From positions 8,854-72,853 of the forward strand of contig CAXTVW010000004.1 of assembly GCA_964247675.1 (NCBI GenBank): DNA of 64,000 nucleotides, in the 5' to 3' direction. This stretch comes from an uncultured Acetobacteraceae bacterium. GTDB lineage: Bacteria; Pseudomonadota; Alphaproteobacteria; Acetobacterales; Acetobacteraceae. This document shows positions 18,736-28,656 of this stretch, piece by piece. The translations under genes were made by a program, and so were the position numbers. Position 1 is the stretch's first letter; every line of letters starts with the position of its first letter. The notes below the pieces were generated by a model. It was not told the origin of the DNA and ran no database searches. It saw only the letters and a list, made by a program, of their open reading frames with translations.

Positions 18736-18936
18736 TAGCTACCAGCCTACGAAGCGGACGAGGACTGCATCGGAGGCACCCTACAGCTCGGGACGGTGCC
18801 GTTGCGGATCTACTACGAGCATTCCCTGAGCCACCTGACCCTTATCATGAGCGATAACGAGCCTGCGCTGCGCGATGCCGCTGCTCGCATCCAGCCCAAC
18901 GTCGCCATCATCCCATACTGGTTATGGGTTCACGAC

Positions 18937-19321
18937 CTAGTGGACGCACTGCACGCATGGCTCGATCCGCAGGTCTCGCGCTTGCCTGGTCGCAGCCGAT
19001 TGGCCGAGGCGGTCCGCATGCGCTCGGCCGCTGGGCGGCCCTGAGCCGGTTCCTCGACGATGGCCGCATCGACCTCGACACCAATCCCGTCGGGCGTGCC
19101 ATACGGCCAGTGAGTTTTGGGCGTAAGAATTCGCTGTTCGCAGGCAGCGATGGCGGGGCGGCCAGGTGGGCGATCGTCGCATCCCTAATCGAGACCTGCA
19201 AGCTGAACGGGATCGGACCTGATGCTTGGCTCGCCGCCATACTCACCCTGATGATAGAGGGCATCCTGCTCAGCAACTCGATGATTTACTGCCTTGGTCG
19301 TGCCAGCTTGCCCCCGGCTGA
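18937..19321 (+). mobile_element. IS66-family TnpC C-terminal fragment (frameshifted)
   Basis: LVDALHAWLD..SRLAEAVR / RWAALSRFLDDGRIDLDTNPVGRAIRPVSFGRKNSLFAGSDGGAARWAIVASLIETCKLNGIGPDAWL / HPAQQLDDLLPW..*, in three frames. Confidence 0.75.
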
Positions 19322-19333
19322 GCCACCTAGAAC

Positions 19334-19930
19334 GTGGACGTTGCTTCAGCGATACTCTGGCTCATGCCGGACACCGACAAAACTGGAGTGCTCTACCCGA
19401 GCAATCACGCTGGCCCAGTCGATGACTGGTCCAAGCGCATATATGCAAGCCTTGTTGACTGGCCGGTCGCTCGTGAAGGCGAGTGGACCCGCTGGGAACC
19501 AGGATATGTGCTGCTGACCATCACTCGCGTCGATGGTGACGAGGTCGATCCCATTCACCTCTATACCGCCGACGAGGAACTCACCGTCACATCCGGTTTT
19601 TGGGAGATGGTCTTCCCCACTCCGTTTGAACCGGCGGAGGCCAAGCCCGAGGTAGTGGCCGAGCATGCGAAAACGCTGGTGGAACAATGGTTCAGCGGCC
19701 GTTTGAGGACGGCTGTGCTGACAGATGCTTCGGGCAAGTGTTGTGGCGGCACCGTGATCGAGCCGGGCGAGATTACCTCGCAGCTAAGGGCCGCCGCGCA
19801 TTCGATGCGCTACTTCCACCCAAAGCAGATTGAGGTGCAAACCTCCGCCAAGCGCGAGTGGCATAGCTATCCAGCTGAACCTGAATGGTTGCACATGCCG
19901 CCGCTCTCGCCGGGTCAACTCCCAGGGTAG
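19334..19930 (+). CDS. Hypothetical protein
   Basis: ORF only. No domain recognised. The start could be the internal MPDTDK. Confidence 0.45.
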   Translation: MDVASAILWLMPDTDKTGVLYPSNHAGPVDDWSKRIYASLVDWPVAREGEWTRWEPGYVLLTITRVDGDEVDPIHLYTADEELTVTSGFWEMVFPTPFEPAEAKPEVVAEHAKTLVEQWFSGRLRTAVLTDASGKCCGGTVIEPGEITSQLRAAAHSMRYFHPKQIEVQTSAKREWHSYPAEPEWLHMPPLSPGQLPG

Positions 19931-20032
19931 ATAAAGCGCAATCACATCCACTATGATGATCTTTGGACGGTCAAGGTGCTAGCGCCGGACGTCTGGCCAA
20001 ACCTATTCCGCATTGTCCTCCAGCACCTAGTG

Positions 20033-21430
20033 CTAGCTGCGTTTCCTTCTTCGAAGCACGGCGACGTCGAGATTCCCGACGCCTTCTTCAAGGATATCGA
20101 CAATGTCGAAATGCTCGCTCCAGTTACGCCGGACGTGCTCATGGCTTTGCGCCACATTGCGGTAATACTTCGGATCTTCGATTTTGCCGTTCAAGGCAAC
20201 GTCTACTTGGTCGGCGTGGTAGCCGTCGCGCAGAAAGGTTTCGAAGTAGTCCGGCCCGTTCCACACGGAAGACCAAGCGGCGGCCGACGGCCCGCCGAAG
20301 GTCATCAACACGATGCCGTCAGGACGCACGATACGGGCAAGGTCGGCGAGCCAAGCGCGCTGGACAGGGGGCGGCAGGTGGGTCATGACCGATATCGAGA
20401 ATGCCGCGTCCACGCTGGCGTCGCTAAGAGGACAGGGTGGCATGAGAGGCGAGGTGACAAACCGGCCCGGTGAGAGATTTTGAGACGCCCACGCGGCGTT
20501 CTCGGCATCCACATCAATCCCGACAATAGTCGCTCCCGGCCACTCACGCACGAAGTGCCGGGCGACGCGGCCATGACCGCATCCCCAATCCAGGAGGACT
20601 GGACAGCTCTCACGCAGAACGCCGTAACGGGCTAGCATAACCTGGACGGCGCAGTAATGATTGAAGCCAACCAGTGTGGCCGTCCGCGCGTCTGACCATG
20701 TCTGCACACGGGTGAGCTGCGTGAGATCGGTCGGGAAGCCCACAGCAACGCCCAGATCCCGTGGAAGCCAGATACGGCCATAGGGTTCTGGCAAGGCGTC
20801 GAGACCAGGGTCGCGGTACCGGAATCGGAAAGTAAAGGGATCGGATCCAATCTTGCTCGCCGCCAGGTCAATGGTAAGCTGGAAATCCGAAAGCGTGGAG
20901 TTCGGCCAGTACCAAAAGTGAGCGCCCCAATCGCGGGCTTCTAGTGGGTACCTGAACTCGTGTGCCACGCCGGGTCCGAATTCGACGGTCAAGGCGGACG
21001 GGTCCCCCCTCGGAGGCAGATGGGAGCCTGAGACTGTGAGTGTCGACCCATCAAAGGAAAGATACGGAACGGCGTAGAAAGGGCGGTCGCAAAGTTCGAG
21101 GACGGCCGCGGCGTCAACTCCTGACAAATTCCGGACTCCGGCACGCGCCGGTACTTCGATGCTGGCAAGAGGGTCGCCGAAGACGTCGACCACCGACGCC
21201 TTGCAGGAACCGTCGTGCCCCGGACTGACCGGCGGAAAACCGCACCGGAACGAGCGTCCGCCCGAGTACGGACTGGGAAAGCTCGGCACAGTCGCCCAGG
21301 GTCTGTCATCGATATGGACCACCGCGGGACGGGCGGGCGCTCCGGTTGTGAAAGTTCCCACCAGGAAACCGTCCTGGTCGATACCCAGTTCCACGATGTC
21401 GGGAACAATCTTCTGCATATTGAGAACCAT
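20033..21430 (-). CDS. Class I SAM-dependent methyltransferase with an about 270-aa N-terminal domain of unknown function
   Basis: Motif I VLLDWGCGHGRVARHF, then IVGIDVD and VRPDGIVLMTFGG. It is the last gene of the operon. Confidence 0.85.
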   Translation of the reverse strand: MVLNMQKIVPDIVELGIDQDGFLVGTFTTGAPARPAVVHIDDRPWATVPSFPSPYSGGRSFRCGFPPVSPGHDGSCKASVVDVFGDPLASIEVPARAGVRNLSGVDAAAVLELCDRPFYAVPYLSFDGSTLTVSGSHLPPRGDPSALTVEFGPGVAHEFRYPLEARDWGAHFWYWPNSTLSDFQLTIDLAASKIGSDPFTFRFRYRDPGLDALPEPYGRIWLPRDLGVAVGFPTDLTQLTRVQTWSDARTATLVGFNHYCAVQVMLARYGVLRESCPVLLDWGCGHGRVARHFVREWPGATIVGIDVDAENAAWASQNLSPGRFVTSPLMPPCPLSDASVDAAFSISVMTHLPPPVQRAWLADLARIVRPDGIVLMTFGGPSAAAWSSVWNGPDYFETFLRDGYHADQVDVALNGKIEDPKYYRNVAQSHEHVRRNWSEHFDIVDILEEGVGNLDVAVLRRRKRS

Positions 21431-21433
21431 CTG

Positions 21434-22891
21434 CTAGGAGGACGCGCTTGGAATTCCGCTTTGCCGCACGCGGGAGGCGAGTTCGAGATAGACATCATTA
21501 CCCGGATCGAAGGTAAGGGCGCACGAGATTGCCTCAGCCGCTCCGTTGCGCTTTTCGGCCGCCTCTCTGAGGACCGCGGTCCAGTACAAAAGGTTGGCAT
21601 GGTCGTCGATTGAAAGTATGGCGTGCTCGGCCACCTCCGCAGCCTCGATCGGTCGCTTGTCCTGCATCAGGGCATAGGTAAGGAGTTCCTGGTAAGCGCC
21701 GTTCCACGGTGCTGCCTCTACGGCCCTTTCGAGGAACGAGACCGCCTCGCCAGCGCGCCCGGCACCCAAAACAAGCCTGGCAGCCAGCGAAAGAGCAGCA
21801 GCATCGCGCGGACGCGCTTCGATCAAAGGCTGCACGAAACCAGCGGCAGCCCCGGGATCACCCGCCGCTTCGAGCACATAAGCGGCAGAGTAGGCGTGGG
21901 ACGGATCTTCTGATAGGCCCGCGCCGATGCCGCGAATGACCGCCGCGGCTCCGGACGAATCATGGGGCATCAGATTCAGCGCCGCCAGAACGGCGCGCCC
22001 GATGTCGGAGGAATGGTCGGACAGATACATCCAACCATGATGGTGCGGTTGATGGTCGGTCTGGAACGCGACGAGGCGACGCTCGGCCACTTCGCTGATC
22101 ACAAGCTCAGGCCGCCACTCGTCTACGGCATCCAGCATCAGGCTAGTGGTGGTGCCGACGGTCAGGAGGTCGCGGAAACTCCGAGCCAAGTAAGGAGAAA
22201 GGTCGGTCATGAAACTGTCGCGGAAAGCCAGCACGCGTCCGCCCGGGACCGACGGCAACCGGGTGTGCGTGGCGGTTTGCCGCTGCGGACCTTTGCATTC
22301 GAGTATCCGCACCGGGTCGGGACCGTCGAAAGCGGCGACTGGGACGTCGGCACGAACCTCCGGATCGAGCTGCGATCCAAGGTCGCCGAAGCTGGATTTA
22401 TGCGTGAAGAGCACTTCGGATGGCGGGACTTCCCTGAATTGGATGCGGGACGGCACGACGCGCATCAAGTCGCGATAGGCCACGCCGCTGCCGAAAGTAG
22501 TCCAGTGCGAGTCGTTCCTTTGATAAACGTCAAGGCCACCCTTCGCGGCACTTAGAGCCTTGACCGGATGGACGAACGTCACTCCGGCTATCTCGCCCAT
22601 GGCCTCGATGAAGACATCTCCGGCCATACGGTACGGTCCCGGATATTCCTCAGGCAAATCCTCGGGGTAAACGGAAGGCGCATCTGGCGCCACCATGAAC
22701 AAATACGGAATTCCACGCTTCGACAGCTCTCGGCCGCGCCGTGTCAAAGTCGCACGCCACTGCGCGAGAAGCGACGGAGTCAGGGCCGTGCCGTCGGTGA
22801 ATCTCCCGAGGTCGAAACCATCCTGGCGCCCGAGGAACAAACGGCCGTTGCGGCCCCTTACGACTGCGCCAACGCTCCCCTTGAGTGTCAT
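21434..22891 (-). CDS. AlgX/AlgJ-like SGNH-fold (acyltransferase-type) protein with C-terminal TPR-like repeats
   Basis: YQRNDSHWT (DxHW motif) and LAFRDSFM (GDS-like Ser), preceded by IPYLFMVAPDAPSVYPEDLP. The helical repeat tail is rich in A/L/E. Confidence 0.75.
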   Translation of the reverse strand: MTLKGSVGAVVRGRNGRLFLGRQDGFDLGRFTDGTALTPSLLAQWRATLTRRGRELSKRGIPYLFMVAPDAPSVYPEDLPEEYPGPYRMAGDVFIEAMGEIAGVTFVHPVKALSAAKGGLDVYQRNDSHWTTFGSGVAYRDLMRVVPSRIQFREVPPSEVLFTHKSSFGDLGSQLDPEVRADVPVAAFDGPDPVRILECKGPQRQTATHTRLPSVPGGRVLAFRDSFMTDLSPYLARSFRDLLTVGTTTSLMLDAVDEWRPELVISEVAERRLVAFQTDHQPHHHGWMYLSDHSSDIGRAVLAALNLMPHDSSGAAAVIRGIGAGLSEDPSHAYSAAYVLEAAGDPGAAAGFVQPLIEARPRDAAALSLAARLVLGAGRAGEAVSFLERAVEAAPWNGAYQELLTYALMQDKRPIEAAEVAEHAILSIDDHANLLYWTAVLREAAEKRNGAAEAISCALTFDPGNDVYLELASRVRQSGIPSASS

Positions 22892-23142
22892 CCGGCCGTC
22901 GCTTCCTGCAAGGCGGCCATCCTGGAATGCAGTTCACCGACCGTGCCGTCCATTGTGGCGTCCGCCTCGGCAAGGACGAGGCGATATCGCTTGGACAGCC
23001 GCGAAAGAAGCACGGAGTGCCCAAGCGAATCCCATCCCGGGACTTCGTCGCAGCGGGTGCAATCGCTGATTGATCCAAGCGGCCTGTCGAAAGTCTCCTC
23101 AACCAGTCCGGCGAAGGCCTGAAAATCCATTTTCCTGTTCAT
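22888..23142 (-). CDS. Acyl/peptidyl carrier protein (84 aa)
   Basis: The phosphopantetheine-attachment motif GWDSLGHSVLL. 4-nt overlaps with both neighbours. Confidence 0.85.
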   Translation of the reverse strand: MNRKMDFQAFAGLVEETFDRPLGSISDCTRCDEVPGWDSLGHSVLLSRLSKRYRLVLAEADATMDGTVGELHSRMAALQEATAG

Positions 23143-24875
23143 GGCATCGCTCCGTCCAAGTATCTGCGCCTGTTCGCCTCGCGGCTGATTTTTCCGCTTG
23201 TCGTTTTCACCAACACGCCCGGAGGCCTGACCAACACTTCATGCAACGCGAGGCCCAGCGATTGGGATACCGCGTCCCGTATCCCCCTGATTATGGTCTC
23301 GACTGAATGACCCGCATCCACGACCGACTCCACGACGACGATGACCGCTTGGCTCCCGGTCGACGCCCGGTCGATGCCGAAGGCGGCGGCGCGCCCGGGC
23401 TTGACTCCCTCGACCCTGTTTACCGCCTCCTCGATGTCGTGAGCGTAAACATTGCGGCCGTTCACAATTAGCAGGTCCTTGATCCTGCCGGTGATGAACA
23501 GCTCTCCGGCAAGCATGAAACCGAGGTCGCCCGTGCGATACCACGAACCCTCGAAAACTGCCGCCGATGCTTCCGGGTCACCGTGGTAGCCCGAGAATGC
23601 CGAAGCGCTGTTGACCATCACCTCGCCGATTGGCGATCCGCCCGAGGGAGGCGCCGACGGTGACGCGAGCAGACCGGCCAGCATCGAGAGCGGAACGCGA
23701 GGTTTCGGCTGCACCACTCCTGCGCCGATGCGCAGCGCCGTGTTTGCGAGGGGCGGGCCGCAGGAGACGACGCGCAAGGCGGTAGCCGACCCGGGCTCTT
23801 CGCGTATTGCCACCGAATGCATCGACATCACGTTGCGGTTGATGGAGACAACCTTCGGCGCGCGACCGACGGGCGACTGGGTCACGGCGAACACAGTCTC
23901 GGCCATCGCGTAACAGGTGGACACAGCGCCGGGCGCCAGCCCGTGGGCGGCGAACGCGAGAGTGAACGCCTCCAGCGTCGCCGCGCGGCAAGGCTCGGAG
24001 CAATCGATGAAGGACCGCACGCCGGAGAGGTCGAAGGCACCGGCTTGAGCTGCGGTGTTGACAAGGTGAGCGAACGCGAAATTCGGCAGCCAACAGAAGG
24101 ACGCCCGGTAACGCGACACTTCCTCGAGGATCGACGCAGGTCGGATGAGCCAGTCGAAAGGATCCATGGATACGACCATTGACCCAAGGGAGAGCGGCAG
24201 CAGGACCGAAGTCACTAGGCCCATATCGTGGTAGAGGGGGAGCCACGAGGCGACGGTGTCGGCAGAGGTCATGGACAAAGCACGAGCGTAGGCATCGACC
24301 TGCTGGCGCACCTGCCCGTGTGTCAGCACCACACCTTTTTTCAGGCCAGTGGTCCCGGAACTGTGCTGCAGGATGGCCGCCACGTCGTCGCCATCCACAT
24401 CGTCCATCGGTGGCAGCGGCCCCTGTGGGCTTGGCAAAGCATTCGACGCATCGACGATTGGCGTGCCCGCAGGCAACACGCCCGCAAGCGAGGCATGCAG
24501 CACCGCAGGAGCGGCGACCACGGTTGGCATGATGCGGTTTAGGACGGCTCGATGGCTCTCCCAATAAGCGGCGGCGTCCTGCTTGGCGGTAGGCCCAGGA
24601 AGGATGCAACCCGCCAAGCCCGCGCGCATGGCCCCGAGCAGCATCGCGTAGGTGTCGAAGCCGCGAGGTGCCACGATGACCGCGGTCGCCGCTCCGGACC
24701 CTGCGCCGAAAGGTCGCATTTTCAGAAAGCGATGCGCCCAAGCTGACATCGCTGCAGAAAGGTCGCCCGCAGAGAACTGGCGGGTGCCGCCCGGCTCGAC
24801 GAAAAGCAAGGATGGACGTTGCGGGACGTCTCGCCCCGCTTTCTCCACTGCCCTGATGACGGACGTCACGTTCAC
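23139..24875 (-). CDS. AMP-dependent adenylating enzyme, fatty-acyl-AMP-ligase-like
   Basis: HSSGTTGLKKGVVLTH, WYRTGDLGF, GRIKDLLIVNGRNVYAHDIE. Confidence 0.9.
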   Translation of the reverse strand: MNVTSVIRAVEKAGRDVPQRPSLLFVEPGGTRQFSAGDLSAAMSAWAHRFLKMRPFGAGSGAATAVIVAPRGFDTYAMLLGAMRAGLAGCILPGPTAKQDAAAYWESHRAVLNRIMPTVVAAPAVLHASLAGVLPAGTPIVDASNALPSPQGPLPPMDDVDGDDVAAILQHSSGTTGLKKGVVLTHGQVRQQVDAYARALSMTSADTVASWLPLYHDMGLVTSVLLPLSLGSMVVSMDPFDWLIRPASILEEVSRYRASFCWLPNFAFAHLVNTAAQAGAFDLSGVRSFIDCSEPCRAATLEAFTLAFAAHGLAPGAVSTCYAMAETVFAVTQSPVGRAPKVVSINRNVMSMHSVAIREEPGSATALRVVSCGPPLANTALRIGAGVVQPKPRVPLSMLAGLLASPSAPPSGGSPIGEVMVNSASAFSGYHGDPEASAAVFEGSWYRTGDLGFMLAGELFITGRIKDLLIVNGRNVYAHDIEEAVNRVEGVKPGRAAAFGIDRASTGSQAVIVVVESVVDAGHSVETIIRGIRDAVSQSLGLALHEVLVRPPGVLVKTTSGKISREANRRRYLDGAMP

Positions 24876-27019
24876 GCCGATGCCGTTGATAGTTCCTTTG
24901 CAGCGACTGCACGAAGCTTGCGCACGCGTCCGCCAATCGGGACGACGGCTGCTTCGGAACGTGGCTGTGGCACCGGACCGGCAAACGATTCCACGAAAGC
25001 CTTGTTAAACACTTCGCGCCAGCTTGCCGATGCAGGAACGTAGGCCTGCGCCTGCCGTGCGCTGAAATCGGCGACACGGGACACCGCCTCCCGTATAGCT
25101 TGGATCACGCCGGGCAGGGAGCTTTCGCACGGGATTATGTTGCCGCAGATAGCCCGGAGTTGCTCGCCGGATCTGTTTTCATAGACATTGGTGACAACAA
25201 GCGCGCCGGTTGTGGCGAACTCGAAGGGGATCACGCTGGGGTGCGGCGCATACATGAGGCTGACGCCCACGTCCATCGCTCCACACATTTTCTGGTAGTC
25301 TTCTTCCGGTTGCTTCTCTCGCAGCACCATCTCGTGACCGTCGCCCAGCTGGTAGGGGGGCAACGCACTCAGTGCGCCGATGCCTTCAAATCTCCACTCA
25401 GGTCCAAAGAACGACTCACGGCAGAGGCGCTGCAAGGCGAGGATGGCGATTTCGAACAGGTTCCGCGAGGCGTGGCTCTCCGGCCTGGCGTAAAGCACCA
25501 AGGTGCGGGTCGTGCGCGCCTTCATCAAGGCGGCCGTCTGGCGGGGAAGCTGCATGATGCGATGCTCAAACACGATATGGCGCTTGCGTAAGTTCCGTTC
25601 GTCCTTTTCCGCAAATGGACCGAAACCGTGCGCGTCAAAGTAATCCCTTAGGAAGCTGCTGTTGATTATAGCGAAGTGCGGGATCGAGTACAGGGCTTCG
25701 CAGAGCGCCCGATGGGATCCGTTTTCGTAGAAGACCGGCTCGTACTCTTGAGACAGGAACAAAGGCAGATGCCTGGTGCACGCGGCCAGCCTTGCGCAAA
25801 GCGGCAGGTCCCATGCTGAGTAAGCCATGAACCTGTCGTCAGGGCCGAAGCGGGCGTCTGCGAAAGCTCGTTTGTCATACACGCGGATCGACGAGAAGGC
25901 CTGCCTGATGGGCTCTGACCGCTCACGCAGCAGGAAGTAAGGAAGATTCGGATCTTCCTGAACGCACACTGCCGCCACGTCGAAGCCTGCGTCCACTATG
26001 GCGACGACCAACCAAAGAATCGCCCTGTAGCCTCCGAACATGATGTCTGGGTTGAGAGTCGGAAACACGATCCATATGACGGGAGCGCCGCAAGTTGCGG
26101 CATCCAGCTGTGGCAGGCCGTGCCTGGGTTCGAGCCTTTGGCTGAGGTTGGCTGCATGGCTGATGAGGGTCGGTGCGGTCACACCGGGCATTTTGGCTTC
26201 AAGGGCGTGAGGAAGGATGAACCGGGGCTGGCGGCCCTCGTTTCGGCCGGAACTCAGGAAATGGTAGAAGCCGGAGGGTAACCAGCCTTCCTCACAGGCC
26301 GTCCTCACTTCAGGATAGAAGGCGCGGTACCATCTTTCATCAAACCATTGGTTTGGCGAATTTCCTGCTTTGGCGCCGGTTGACAGGTAATGCGCCAGAG
26401 GATCGACGCATCCGGTATCTTCCAAATAGGTAAGCCGGTAGAAGTCGGCATCGAAGCCCGCGGCAACCAAGCGCAAGCCGTCGTCCTTGACCAGCTCCTC
26501 CCGAAGATGATCAGTCTTATAGCCGAGCAAGCGGCCATATAGGTTGTAGTGACTTAACGCGGTAACATGTGGAAACGCCGAGAGAAAGGCCTGGGCGGGA
26601 GAGTTCAAACGGAGATAGGTCTGGGCGTTGATCGCCTTCATCTCCGGTCCTGGTGAGGCGCAGAGGGCAGCATCGGCGGCAAGAATGGAGTTTGGCCAGC
26701 GCCCCTCCGACATGCCACGCTGGATGTAGTGGACGAAACCCGATATTAGGCCGTTGTTATTGATCGCGCAGCGGATGTCGTTATAAGTGTCGACATACCA
26801 TGCTTCGTCAAAAAAGGCGTTTGGGCTGATAACGCTGCAACGCTTGCTGAAATACAGCTTGGCGATTTGGACGTCGCTTGCATTTGGCTCGCAAAGCCCA
26901 AGTGCGAGCATCTGCATTCGAAGTCGGCGCACGTCCATTGCGCCAACAAGTGCCGCCGTTTCGCCTTCACTGAAAGAACCACGCAGGACAACTGAAGCCA
27001 CTTCAGTTACGTTCCGCAT
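24872..27019 (-). CDS. Glycosyltransferase (WsaF-like C-terminal domain) with N-terminal FDxxWY...HY..G..EGR.P repeats
   Basis: Repeats FFDEAWYVDTYNDI..HYIQRGMSEGRWPN, FDADFYRLTY..HYLSTGAKAGNSPN and FDERWYRAFYPEV..HFLSSGRNEGRQPR. The C-terminal part LVLYARPESHASRNLFEIAILAL...SLMYAPHPSVIPFEFATTGALVVTN resembles WsaF-type GTs. Confidence 0.75.
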   Translation of the reverse strand: MRNVTEVASVVLRGSFSEGETAALVGAMDVRRLRMQMLALGLCEPNASDVQIAKLYFSKRCSVISPNAFFDEAWYVDTYNDIRCAINNNGLISGFVHYIQRGMSEGRWPNSILAADAALCASPGPEMKAINAQTYLRLNSPAQAFLSAFPHVTALSHYNLYGRLLGYKTDHLREELVKDDGLRLVAAGFDADFYRLTYLEDTGCVDPLAHYLSTGAKAGNSPNQWFDERWYRAFYPEVRTACEEGWLPSGFYHFLSSGRNEGRQPRFILPHALEAKMPGVTAPTLISHAANLSQRLEPRHGLPQLDAATCGAPVIWIVFPTLNPDIMFGGYRAILWLVVAIVDAGFDVAAVCVQEDPNLPYFLLRERSEPIRQAFSSIRVYDKRAFADARFGPDDRFMAYSAWDLPLCARLAACTRHLPLFLSQEYEPVFYENGSHRALCEALYSIPHFAIINSSFLRDYFDAHGFGPFAEKDERNLRKRHIVFEHRIMQLPRQTAALMKARTTRTLVLYARPESHASRNLFEIAILALQRLCRESFFGPEWRFEGIGALSALPPYQLGDGHEMVLREKQPEEDYQKMCGAMDVGVSLMYAPHPSVIPFEFATTGALVVTNVYENRSGEQLRAICGNIIPCESSLPGVIQAIREAVSRVADFSARQAQAYVPASASWREVFNKAFVESFAGPVPQPRSEAAVVPIGGRVRKLRAVAAKELSTASA

Positions 27020-27074
27020 GCTTACAAGTCCTTACGGTTGCAAAAAGGCAGTAAGTTGGAGTGAGTCTAGGAAC

Positions 27075-27102
27075 GTCGCAATTCCTTATCAGGGATTGCG
27101 AC
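27075..27102. promoter_or_regulatory. Imperfect inverted repeat GTCGCAATTCC-(6)-GGGATTGCGAC, about 55-85 nt upstream of the operon start (candidate operator)
   Basis: 11-bp arms with one mismatch, in the low-GC leader of the 27019 gene. Confidence 0.3.
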
Positions 27103-27698
27103 AGAACTCTAAGCAGCAGACAAAGAGACAAGAGCGATACGACCAAGAATCGTATCTACTCAAAGTTTTCAGCCGTCCGCAAGCAAAATTTCATGTCGAA
27201 CTCATATGGGTTATGCGGCTTGCGTGGCGAGTACCCTTGCGCACCGGCTGCTGTGTGCTCAAGTTCTTTGGCTAGGTCGGGCAGGTGGTTCGCCCGCGGG
27301 CCCAGGGTTTGTTCCGGCGGGAGTCATCTCGACAGAGCTTTCGCCTTCACCTTTGTTCGCACGCGCGACACTGAGCCTGGAGAAGTAGGGCAGAGACTCA
27401 ACGGACCTCCCGTGACTGGCAGTTCCAGGTCATGGTCGTTTGCTGGCGTAACCCGCTAGGACTGACAAGTGGAACGACATGCGCCAGTCCTCAAACGTCG
27501 GTGTCGCGGTCGAATAGCGGAATTACCAGGAGACTGACTGCAGTCAACAGAACCGCACCGGAGAAAGCGCGAATGGCCAAAAACAGGTGTCCCGCGATGA
27601 TTGCGGCCAGACAAGAAGCCGCCGACAAACCCGAGAGGCACACGAGAGTCGCGAAAACCCATGCGCCCGTCCTTGTTTGCCTGCGCCCATCGCTTGTT

Positions 27699-28656
27699 TT
27701 ATTCAATGGCTGTTCCTCCACAAAGGTTGACGACCGTAGCGGCATCCATGCGTCCTTGACGAAGACCGGCTTCTGATTGCACTGTCGGTGCTCTTGGCCC
27801 TTGCTGGCCAATGCAAGATGGAATGGCGGCCATAACACCTGGTGGAGCTCTGGAAATGAGGTCGTTGCATCCGACCAAAAGAAAAGGATACCAGGTCGGA
27901 ATGACGGGGGCACATGACGCGGCTGGACTCGAAATTGGTGGCGGCCCGCCGACAGGCACCCTGATGAACGTCTCAAAGCGCCCGGAGAAACAAGCGAGCA
28001 AACGGCTTTCCATGGCAGTTCCGTTCGAACTGTCCCTCGAAGGCTTGAACAGCTCCGGGTCGTGGCACTTGATCGCCCGACGTTTCTCCTCAAGGTGGTT
28101 CAAAACATCGAGCCTGAAACCTGTCGGAACCTGGGCATCGAGCACACGCCGGGTCGGAAGGGTCCAGCTCGAAAGCGGGTATTCGAAAAGTGGCAGGTTC
28201 ATACGTCCCGCGACACGGCGTCCGAGGATGCTGGTAATGAGATGGTTGTCGTTCGGATCGTGCCGCCAGGTGGTCACCAAAGCGACGGCACCGATTGTCC
28301 GCGCATGCGCCTCTGCCGTCTGCATCAAAGTTCCGGCGGCTTCGCCCCGATGAGCACCGATGTCATGTATGCCGAGAAAGCGGATGTTGGCATCGGCCAC
28401 TCCGAAAGCCTCCGCCGCACGACGGCATCCTGCCTCGTGCAGGTTTCTCTGGCTTCTCCCGCGATCCCCGGCGAGAAGGCAATCCGGCAGGCCGTCGGTC
28501 AGGATGGGTGTATGGACTGGACTCCCGCCCGCCCGCCTGCGCGATCGCACTCAGGCCGCCGCAACCCAAAGTCTCGTCACCCGGCTGCGAGGACAGGATA
28601 AGAACCGGCCCAGAGCCCATCTCAGCTTCGAGTAAGGGCACAGGCAGACTGCGCAT
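27699..28656 (-). pseudogene. PIG-L/LmbE-family deacetylase, frameshifted
   Basis: The N-terminal part PVLILSSQPGDETLGCGGLSAIAQAGG is in one frame. SPVHTPILTDG...AFGVADANIRFLGIHD...VALVTTWRHDPNDNH is in another. The shift coincides with the (CCCG)3 tract at 28524-28535. Confidence 0.6.
28524..28535. repeat. Tetranucleotide repeat (CCCG)x3 at the PIG-L frameshift point
   Basis: Read directly. Removing one unit restores ...AQAGGSPVHTPILTDG.... Confidence 0.7.
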
